Of a stretch of 19,283 bases of DNA, positions 8,201 through 19,283 are shown piece after piece. Position 1 is the first letter of the stretch. The number at the start of each line of letters is the position of its first letter. The translations under genes and the position numbers were made by a program. The notes under the pieces were generated by a model. The model was not told the origin of the DNA. It did no database searches and saw only the letters and a program-made list of their open reading frames with translations. Source of the DNA: Octopus sinensis (Eukaryota); contig NW_021824128.1 in NCBI RefSeq assembly GCF_006345805.1, forward strand, positions 1 through 19,283, in the 5' to 3' direction.

Positions 8201-11200
8201 ATGTGTCACCGTCACAGGCATTACAACTACTGTTTCCATTGATATTTGGTTCAATGTTCACTGGCAACGGCCACGTTTGGATGATGATTTTTATGTGACA
8301 CCGGTACAGGTATCACAACTACAGTTCCCATTGATATTTGGTTCAATGTTCACTGGCAACGGCCACGTTTGTATGGTGATTTTTATGTGTCACGGGTACA
8401 GGTATCACAACTACTGTTTCCATTGATATTTAGGTCAATGTTCACTGACAACGTCCACGTTTGTATGGTGATTTTTATGTCAACGTCACAGGTATTACAA
8501 CTACTATTTCCATTGATATTTGGTTCAATGTTCACTGGCAACGGCCACGTTTGGATGGTGATTTTTATGTGTCACCGGCACAGGTATTACAACTACTGTT
8601 TCCATTGATATTTGGTTCAATGTTCACTGGCAACGGCCACGTTTGGATGTTGATGTTTATGTGTCACCGTCACAGGTATCACAACTACTGTTTCCATTAA
8701 TATTTGGTTCAATGTTCACTGCCAACGGCCACGTTTGGATGGTGATATTTATATCTCACCGTCACAGGTATCACAACTACTGTTTCCATTGATATTTGGT
8801 TCAATGTTCACTGGCAACGGCCACGTTTGGATGGTGATTTTTATGTGTCACCGTCACAGGTATTACAACTACTGTTTCCATTGATATTTGGTTCAATGTT
8901 CACTGCCAACGGCTACGTTTGGATGGTGATTTTTATGTGTCACCGTCACAGGTATCACAACTACTGTTTCCATTGATATTTGGTTCAATGTTCACTGGCA
9001 ACGGCCACGTTTGGATGGTGATTTTTATGTGACACCGGTACAGGTATCACAACTACTGTTTCCATTCATATTTGGTTCAATGTTCACTGGCAACGGCCAC
9101 GTTTGGATGGTGATTTTATGTGTCACCGTCACAGGTATCACAACTACTGTTTCCATTGATATTTGGTTCAATGTTCAATGCCAACGGCCACGTTTGGATG
9201 GTGTTATTTATGTGTCACCGTCACAGGTATCACAACTACTGTTTCCATTGATATTTGGTTCAATGTTCACTGGCAACGGCCACGTTTGGATGGTGATTTT
9301 TATGTGTCACCGTCACAGGTATTACAACTACTGTTTCCATTGATATTTGGTTCAATGTTCACTGGCAACGGCCACGTTTGGATGGCGATTTTTATGTGAC
9401 ACCGGTACAGGTATCACAACTACTGTTTCTATTGATATTTGGTTCAATGTTCACTGGCGACGGCAACGTTTGGATGGTGATTTTATGTGTCACCGTCACA
9501 GGTATTACAACTACTGTTTCCATTGATATTTGGTTCAACGTTCACTGGCAACGGCCACGTTTGGATGATGATTTTTATGTGACACCGGTACAGGTATCAC
9601 AACTACAGTTTCCATTGATATTTGGTTCAATGTTCACTGGCAACGGCCACGTTTGGATGGTGATTTTTATGTGTCACCGTCACAGGTATCACAACTACTG
9701 TTTCCATTGATATTTGGTTCAATGTTCACTGGCAACGGCCACGTTTGTATGGTGATTTTTATGTGTCACCGTCACAGGTATTACAACTACTGTTTCCATT
9801 GATATTTGGTTCAATGTTCACTGGCAACGGCCACGTTTGGATGGTGATTTTTATGTGACACCGGTACAGGTATCACAACTACTGTTTCCTTTGATATTTG
9901 GTTCAATGTTCACTGGCAACGGCCACGTTTGTATGGTGATTTTTATGTATCACGGGTACAGGTATCACAACTACTGTTTCCATTGATATTTGGTTCAATG
10001 TTCACTGGCAACAGCCACGTTTGGATGGTGATTTTCATGTGACACCGGTACAGGTACCACAACTACTGTTTCCATTGATATTTGGTTCAATGTTCACTGG
10101 CAACGGCCACGTTCGGATGGTGATTTTTATGTGTCACCGGTACAGGTATCACAACTACTGTTTTCATTGATATTTGGTTCAATTTTCACTGGCAACAGCC
10201 ACATTTGGATGGCGTTTTTATGTGACACCGGTACAGGTATCACAACTACTGTTTCCATTGATATTTGGTTCGATGTTCACTGGATAGGCCGAATTTGGAC
10301 GGTAATTTTTATGTTACACCGGTACAGGTATCACAACTATTTTTTCCATTGATATTTGGTTCGATGTGCACTGGCAACGGCCACGTTTGGATGGTGATTT
10401 TTATGTGACACCGGTACAGGTATTACAACTACTGTTTCCATTGATATATGGTTCGATGTTCACTGGATAGGCCGCATTTGGATGGTGATTTTTATGTGAC
10501 ACCGGTACAGGTATCACAACTATTGTTTCCATTGATATTTGGTTCGATGTGCACTGGCAACGGCCACGTTTGGATGGTGATATTTATGTGACACCGGTAC
10601 AGGTATTACAACTACTGTTTCCATTTATATTTGGTTCAATGTTCAGTGGCAACGGCCACGTTTGGATGGTGATTTTTATGTGTCACCGTCACAGGTATTA
10701 CAACTACTGTTTCCATTGATATTTGGTTCAATGTTCACTGGCAACGGCCACGTTTGGATGGTGATTTTTATGTGTCACCGTCACAGGTATCACAACTACT
10801 GTTTCCATTGATATTTGTTTCAATGTTCACTGGCAACGGCCACGTTGGATGGTGATTTTTATGTGTCACCGTCACAGGTATCACAACTACTGTTTCCATT
10901 GATATTTAGTTCAATGTTCACTGGCAACAGCCGCATATGGAGGTGATATTTATGTGACACCGGTACAGGTATCACAACTACTGTTTCCATTGATATTTGG
11001 TTCAATGTTCACTGGCAACAGCCACATTTGGATGGTGATTTTTATGTGTCAGCGGTACAGATATCACAACTACTGTTTCCATTGATATTTGGTTCAATGT
11101 TCACGGGAAACGGCCACGTTTGGATGGTGACTTTAATGTGACACCGGTACAGGTATCACAACTACTGTTTCCATTGATATTTGGTTCAATGTTCACTGGC

Positions 11201-14200
11201 AACGGCCACATTTGGATGGTTATGTTTATGTGTCACCGTCACAGGTATCACAACTACTGTTTCCATTGATATTTGGTTCATTTCTCTGGCAACGGCCACG
11301 TTTGGATGGTGATTTTTATGTGTCACCGTCACAGGTATCAAAACTACTGTTTCCATTGATATTTGGCTCAATGTTCACTGGCAACGGCCACGTTTGGATG
11401 GTGATATTTATGTGTCAGCGTCACAGGTATTACAACTACTGTTTCCATTGATATTTGGTTCAATGTTCACTGACAACAGCCACATTTAGATGGTGATTTT
11501 TATGTGTCATCGGTACAGGTATCACAATTACTGTTTCCATTGATATTTGGTTCAATGTTCACTGGCAACAGCCACATTTGGATGGTGATTTTTATGTGAC
11601 ACCGGTACAGGTATCACAACTACTGTTTCTATTGATATTTGGTTCGATGTTCACTGGCAACAGCCACATTTGGATGGCGATTTCTATGTGACACCGGTAC
11701 AGGTATCAAAACTACTGTTTCCAGTGATATTTGGTTCAATGTTCACTGGCAACGGCCACGTTTGGAAGGTGATTTTTATGTGACACCGGTACAGGTATCA
11801 CAACTACTGTTTCCATTGATATTTGGATCAATGTTCACTGGCAACAGCCACATATGGATGGTGATTTTAATGTGACACCGGTACAGGTATCACAACTACT
11901 GTTTCCATTGATATTTGCTTCAATGTTCACTGGCAACAGCCACATTTGGATGGTGATTTTTATGTGTCACCGGTACAGGTTTCACAACTACTGTTTCCAT
12001 TGAAATTTTGTTCAATGTTCACTGGCAACGTCCACGTTTGGATGGTGATTTGTATGTGACACCGGTACAGGTATCACAACTACTGTTTTCATTGATATTT
12101 GGTTCAATGTTCACTGGCAACGGCCACGTTTGGATGGTGATTTTGATGTGTCACCGTCACAGGTATTACAACTACTGTTTCCATTTATATTTGGTTCAAT
12201 GTTCACAGGCAACGGCCACGTTTGAATGGTGATTTTTATGCGTCACCGGTACAGGTATCACAACTACTGTTTCCATTGATAATTGGCTCAATGTTCACTG
12301 GCAACAGCCACATGTGGACAGTGATTTTTATGTGACACCGGTACACGTATCACAACTACTGTTTCTATTGATATTTGGTTCAATGTTCACTGGCAACGGC
12401 CATGTTTGGATGGTGATTTTTATGTGACACCGGCACAGGTATCACAACTACTGTTTCCATTGATATTTGGTTCAATGTTCACTGGCAACAGCCACATATG
12501 GATGGTGATTTTTATGTGACACCGGCACAGGTATCACAACTACTGTTTCCATTGATATTTGGTTCAATGTTCACTGGCAACGGCTACGTTTGGATGGTGA
12601 TTTTTATGTGTCACCGGTAGAGGTATCACAACTACTGTGTCCATTGATATTTGGTTCAATGTTCACTGGCAACGGCTACGTTTGGATGGTGATTTTTATG
12701 TGTCACCGGTACAGGTATCACAACTACTGTTTCCATTGATATTTGGTTCAATGTTCACTGGCAACAGCCACATTTGGATGGTGATTTTTATGTGACACCG
12801 GTACAGGTATCACAACTACTGTTTCCATTGATATTTGGTTCAATTTTCACTGGCAAGGCCACATTTGGATGGTGATTTTTATGTGACACCGGTACAGTAT
12901 CACAACTACTGTTTCCATTGATATTTGGTTCAATGTTCACTGGCAACGGCCACGTTTGGATGGTGATTTTTATGTGACACCGGTTAGGTATCACAACTAC
13001 TGTTTCCATTGATATTTGGTTCAATGTTCACTGGCAACGGCCACATTTGGATGGTGATTTTTATGTGACACCGCACAGGTATCACAACTACTGTTTCCAT
13101 TGATATTTGGTTCAATGTCACTGGCAACGGCCACGTTTGGATGGTGATTTTTATGTGTCACCGTACAGGTATCACAACTACTGTTTCCATTGATATTGGT
13201 TCAATGTTCACTGGCAACGGCCACGTTGGATGGTGATTTTTATGTGTCACCGGTAGAGGTATCACAACTACTGTTTCCATTGATATTTGGTTCAATGTTC
13301 ACTGGCAACGGCCACGTTTTGATGGTGATTTTTATGTGACACCGGTACAGGTATCACAACTACTGTTTCCATTGATATTTGGTTCAATGTTCACTGGCAA
13401 CAGCCACATTTGGATGGCAATTTTTATGTGACACCGTTACAGGTATCACAACTACTGTTTCCATTGATATTTGGTTCGATGTTCACTGGATAGGCCGCAT
13501 TTGGATGGTGATTTTTATGTGACACCGTTACAGGTATCACAACTATTGTTTCCATTGATATTTGGTTCGATGTGCACTGGCAACGGCCACGTTTGGATGG
13601 TGATTTTTGTGTGACACCGGTACAGGTATCACAACTACTGTTTCCATTGATATTTGGTTCAATGTTCACTGGCAACAGCCACATTTGGATGGTGATTTTT
13701 ATGTGTCACAGGTACAGGTATCACAACTACTGTTTCCATTGATATTTGGTTCAATGTTCACTGGCTACGGCAACGTTTGGATGGTGATATTTATGTGAAA
13801 CCGGCACAGGTATCACAACTACTGTTCCATTGATATTTGGTTCAATGTTCACTGGCAACGGCCATGTTTGGATGGTGATTTTTATGTGTCACCATCACAG
13901 GTATCACAACTACTGTTTCTATTGATATATGGTTCAATGTTCACTGGCAACAGCCACATTTGGATGGTGATTTTTATGTGACACCGGTACAGGTATCACA
14001 ACTACTGTTTCCATTGATATTTGGTTCAATGTTCACTGGCAACAGCCACACTTGGATGGTGATTTTTATGTAACACCGGTACAGGTATCACAACTACTGT
14101 TTCCATTGGTATTTGGTTCAATGTTCACTGGCAACAGCCACATTTGGATGGTGATTTTTATGTGTCAGCGGTAAAGGTATCACAACTACTGTTTCCATTG

Positions 14201-16654
14201 ATATTTGGTTCAATGTTCTCTGGCGACGGCAACGTTTGGATGGTGATATTTATGTGAAACCGGTACAGGTATCAGAATTACTGTTCCATTGATATTTGGT
14301 TCAATGTTCACATGGCAACGGCCACGTTTGGATGGTGATTTTTATGTGTCACCATCACAGGTATCACAACTACTGTTTCTATTGATATATGGTTCAATGT
14401 TCACTGGCAACGCCACGTTTGGATGGTGATGTTTATGTCACCGTCACAGGTATCACAACTACTGTTCCATTGATATTTGGTTCAATGTTCACTGGCAACG
14501 GCCACGTTGGATGGTGATTTTTATGTGTCACCGTCACAGGTATACAACTACTGTTCCATTGATATTGGTTCAATGTTCACTGGCAACGGCCACGTTTGGA
14601 TGGTGATTTTATGTGTCACCGTCACAGGTATCACAACTACTGTTTCCATTGATATTTGGTTCAATGTTCACTGGCAACGGCACGTTGGATGGTGATTTTT
14701 ATGTGTCACCGGTACAGGTATCACAACTACTGTTTCCATTGATTTTGTTCAATGTTCACTGGCAACGGCCACGTTTGGATGGTGATTTTTATGTGTCACC
14801 GTCAGGTATCACAACTACTGTTTCCATTGATATTTGGTTCAATGTTCACTGGCAACGGCCACGTTTGGATGGTGATTTTTATGTGACACCGTCACAGGTA
14901 TCACAACTACTGTTTCCATTGATATTTGGTTCAATGTTCACTGCAACGGCCACGTTTGGATGGTGATTTTATGTGTCACCGTCACAGGTATTACAACTAC
15001 TGTTTCCATTGATATTGGTTCAATGCTCACTGGCAACGGCCACGTTTGGATGGTGATTTTTATGTGTCACCGTCCAGGTATACAACTACTGTTTCCATTG
15101 ATATTTGGTTCAATGTTCACTGGCAACGGCCACGTTTGGATGGTGATTTTTATGTGTCACCGTACAGGTATTACAACTACTTTTCCATTGATATTTGGTT
15201 CAATGTTCACTGGCAACGGCCACGTTTGGATGGTGATTTTTATGTGACACCGGTACAGGTATCACAACTACTGTTTCATTGATATTGGTTCAATGTTCAC
15301 TGGCAACGGCCACGTTTGGATGGTGATTTTTATGTGTCACCGTCACAGTATCACAACTACTGTTTCCATTGATATTGGTTCAATGTTCACTGGCAACGGC
15401 CACGTTTGGATGGTGATTTTTATGTGACACCGGTACAGGTATCACAACTACTGTTTCCATTGATATTTGGTTCAATGTTCACTGGCAACGGCAACGTTTG
15501 GATGGTGATTTTTATGTGTCACCGTACAGGTATCACAACTACTGTTTCCATTGATATTTGGTTCAATATTCACTGGCCAACGGCCACGTTTGGATGGTGA
15601 TTTTTATTGTCACCGTCACAGGTTCACAACTACTGTTTCCATTGATATTTGGTTCAATGTTCACTGGCAACGGCCACGTTTGGATGGTGATTTTTATGTG
15701 TCACCGTCACAGGTATTACAACTACAGTTTCCATTGATATTTGGTTCAATGTTCACTGGCAACGGCCAAGTTTGGATGGTGATTTTTATGTGTCACCGTC
15801 ACATTATTACACTACTGTTTCCATTGATATTTGGTTCAATGTTCACTGGCAACGGCCACGTTTGGATGGTGATTTTTATGTGACACCGGTACAGGTATCA
15901 CAACTACTGTTTCCATTGATATTTGGTTCAATGTTCACTGGCAACGGCAACGTTTGGATGGTGATTTTTATGTGACACCACTACAGGTATCACAACTACT
16001 ATTTAAAGTGATATTTGGTTCAATGTTCACTGGCAACGGACACGTCTGGATGGTGATTTTAATGTGTCACCGGTACAGGTATCACAACTACTGTTTCCAT
16101 TGATATTTGGTTCAATGTTCACTGGCAACGGTCACGTTTGGTTGGTGATGTTGTATGTGACACTGGTACAGGTATTACAACTACTGTTTCCATTGATATT
16201 TGGCTCAATGTTCACTGGCAACGGCCACATTTGGATGGTGATTTTTATGTGACACCGCTACAGGTATCACAACTACTGTTTCCATTGATATTTGGTTCAA
16301 TGTTCACTGGCAACTGCCACGTTTGGATGGTGATTTTTTTATGGTCACCGGTACAGGTATCACAACTACTGTTTCCATTGATATTTGGTTCAATGTTCAC
16401 TGGCAACGGCCACGTTTGGATGGTGATTTTATGTACACACCGGTACAGGTATCACAACTACTGTTTCCATTGATATTTGGTTCAATGTTCACTGGCAACG
16501 GCCACGTTTGGATGGTGATTTTTATGTGACACCGGTACAGGTATCACAACTACTGTTTCCATTGATATTTGGTTCAATGTTCACTGGCAACGGCCACGTT
16601 TGGATGGTGATTTTTATGTGTCACCACGTACAGGTATCACAACTACTGTTTCCA

Positions 16655-18470
16655 TTATTATTTGTTAAACGCAATGGCAACGGCCATTTGGATGGTGATG
16701 TTTATGTGAACACAACACAAATTAAAAAATAACAACTACTGGATATAATTTTATCAATCAAACTGGCAACGGCAAATGGAGGTGAAATTGATTAACTTCA
16801 CAAAAATACATCATAAATTACAAAATAAAAAACAATAATACGGTTCAATTTCCATGGTTGGGATGGAAATTTATAATGATTCAAAATTAAAAAACAACAA
16901 TAACAATGATAAATTACAAAATATTACTGGCAACACAAATAATATTTACATGTCACGAAGAATAAAAAAAAACAAAATAACATTGAAAATAAAAACTATG
17001 GCAAAATAAATGTGACAAATGTAACACATACAGGATACAAACTACTTTTCACATTGATATTTTAATCAAAATTCACTGGCAAATGTTAAAATGGTATTTA
17101 TTGAAATTAATGTATCGAAATTACAATGACATTTAATAAATAACACAAAATTTCAACGTTATGATATTAAGACAATGTTCAATAGCAAAAAAATAATTAC
17201 AAAAATGTTCTTTGAAACGGACACTGGTTGGTAATTTTAAAATACAGGTCAAACATTGATAAATTGGTTCCATTTAATGTAAATAACGTTCACTGGCAAC
17301 GGGGGGATGGGGTATTTAATTAAGTTTCACAAAGGTTGAACAAAACCACTGCAAATTATAATTTTCAATGTTAATGTAATTAACATTGGAAACGATGGAT
17401 ACCATTTTTGTTAACAATTTTCAACATCACAACTGCTGTTTAAATAATGTTTCCATTGAATTTGGTCAAAATGTAACTGGCCACGGCCATTTTATGTTCA
17501 CAAAACAATGTCACCGTTTAATATAATTACAAAACAATTTCCATGGAAATTGACAAATACAATGGTTAATAAAAACAATTGGAAAATGAAAATTTAAAAT
17601 TCACAAAAAGTAATATTAATAATTGAAATTAATGGAATGGATACATTTCAAGTGTCACGGCAAAAAAAACACTTTTGGATTGAATTTGTTAATCACAATC
17701 AAAATATATAAAACAAATGTTTCCATGTCCATTGATATTTGGTTCAATGTGTCCAACGTAACAATTAATGACAAAACTATGGTGGTTATTAAAATGTATT
17801 ACCAACAAAATTTCAAAAAAAACTGTTCAAAAAAAAAAAAAAAAATGCCAATAACAATAAATTTAGTACAAAACTGTCACAAAACTGTACAATTGAATTT
17901 GGGGTTAGTTCAAAAAAGGCCACGTTTGGATGGTGATTTTTAGATACTAACAAACACAACTAATATATTGAAATCATTACAACTGTGTCAACGGCAAATC
18001 AAAGTTCAATAAGTTATCACAAAAAAAAAAACAATAATATAATGGTAAATAAATATCACAACAAAAAATAAAAACTAATGACAATATTAAAATCAAATTT
18101 CACTGGCAATTCAAAACATTTGGATGGTGATTTTTTTCAAAAAACAAATATAGACAACCATAACATACTGTGAAAATTGATGATTTTCACAAATTAATTA
18201 ACATGCGTTTTGGAAAATGATTTTTATGATATCCAACAAATGTTACAATGGCAAAACAAAAACAAAATAATGGATTTTTATGTGATGTTCAAAGTTCACT
18301 GGCAACTGTTTCCATTTGATATTTCAATTTTATACAATGACACAGTACAAGATTTATTACTACAACTTGAATTTCAAATTTTGATATTGAATTTCAATGT
18401 CACAATAACGATTCCATTGGGATTTGTTTTATTATCAAAAATTAATGGTGATAAAAAACTGTTACCATTG
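16655..18470. other. A-rich scrambled derivative of the satellite; probable assembly/consensus artefact
   Basis: Satellite fragments persist in the same orientation (TTCACTGGC at 17072, 17289, 18099, 18295; GGCCACGTTTGGATGGTGATTTTT at 17918). They are out of 92-bp phase and embedded in sequence where G, C and T positions are replaced by A. Confidence 0.7.
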
Positions 18471-19283
18471 ATATTTGGTTCATGTTCACTGCAACGGCAC
18501 GTTTGGATGGTGATGTTTATGTGACACCGGTACAGGTATCACAACTACTGTTTCCATTGATATTTGGTCAATGTTCACTGGCAACGGCCACGTTTTGGAT
18601 GGTGATTTTTATGTGTCACCGTCACAGGTATCACAACTACTGTTTCCATTGATATTTGGTTCAATGTTCACTGGCAACGGCCACGTTTGGATGGTGATTT
18701 TTATGTGACACCGTACAGTATCACAACTACTGTTTCCATTGATATTTGGTTCAATGTTCACTGGCAACAGCCACGTTTGGATGGATTTAAATGTGTCACC
18801 GGTACAGGTATCACAACTACTGTTTTATTGATATTTGTTCAATGTTCACTGGCAACGGCCACGTTTGGATGGTGATTTTTATGTGTCACCGTACAGGTAT
18901 CACAACTACTGTTTCCATTGATATTTGGTTCAATGTTCACTGGCAACGGCCACGTTGGATGGTGATTTTATGTGACAACCGGCACAGGTATCACAACTAC
19001 TGTTTCCATTGATATTTGGTTCAATGTTCACTGGCAACGGCCATGTTTGGATGGTGATTTTTATGTGACACCGGTACAGGTATCACAACTACTGCTTCCA
19101 TTGATATTTAGTTCAATGTTCACTGGCAACGGCCACGTTTGGATGGTGATTTTTATGACACCACTACAGGTATCACAACTCTGTTTAAGTTTATTTGGTT
19201 CAATGTTCACTGGCAACGACACGTCTGGATGGTGATTTTTATGTGACACCGGTACAGGTATCACAACTACTGTTTCCATTGAT
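18470..19283. repeat. 92-bp satellite array resumes (~9 monomers, truncated by window end)
   Basis: Same monomer and orientation as 2365-16655, with scattered 1-bp indels. Confidence 0.97.

Larger units (their letters stand above)
2365..16655. repeat. 92-bp tandem satellite array, ~155 monomers
   Basis: Consensus read by eye: GATATTTGGTTCAATGTTCACTGGCAACGGCCACGTTTGGATGGTGATTTTTATGTGWCACCGKYACAGGTATYACAACTACTGTTTCCATT (92 nt). The period is confirmed by GTGTCACC at 2401 and 2493. Head-to-tail, single orientation, no unique spacers. Confidence 0.99.

Noticed and set aside
16655-18470. APOBEC/ADAR-type hypermutation or a new AT-rich insertion; ORFs 17623..17943 and 18210..18524
   Set aside because: Changes include C->A, T->A and many indels rather than one transition type. 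Satellite words persist throughout, with no element termini or TSD. The ORFs are low-complexity K/N-rich noise.
2257-19279. Dozens of ORFs such as MDGDFYVSPAQVSQLLFPLIFGSMFTGNGHVWMVIFMCHRHRYHNYCFH
   Set aside because: 92 is not a multiple of 3, so reading cycles through all frames and hits fixed stops (CATTGA, GGTGAT). Longer ORFs arise only where 1-bp indels skip a stop, and variation shows no codon-position pattern.
2365-19283. CRISPR array
   Set aside because: The whole 92 bp is repeated; there are no unique spacers and no cas genes, and the context is eukaryotic.

Overview
Eukaryotic, non-genic, repeat-only window; I see no intact protein-coding gene, tRNA/rRNA or CRISPR array. Bases 1-2350 are a patchwork of (TA)n/(TATG)n microsatellites, three 5'-truncated CR1-group LINE 3' ends (all on the minus strand, each with a different simple-repeat tail) and a ~245-bp element bounded by ~40-bp inverted repeats. 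That element contains a compact type-I hammerhead-ribozyme-like motif with a G3:C8 swapped core, suggesting a Penelope-like element remnant. From ~2365 to the window end is a tandem array of a 92-bp satellite (~155 monomers to ~16650, ~9 more after ~18470). It has visible higher-order structure (183-185-bp dimers, a ~1.38-kb 15-mer duplication, a 460-bp 5-mer duplication) and CpG-decay variants. A ~1.8-kb A-rich scrambled zone (~16655-18470) is most likely an assembly/consensus artefact. The LINE peptides and microsatellite load recall invertebrate, possibly cephalopod (Octopus-like), genomes; that is recall-based inference, not a search result. All ORFs in the supplied track are read-throughs of repeats, apart from the LINE remnant around 1640-2110.
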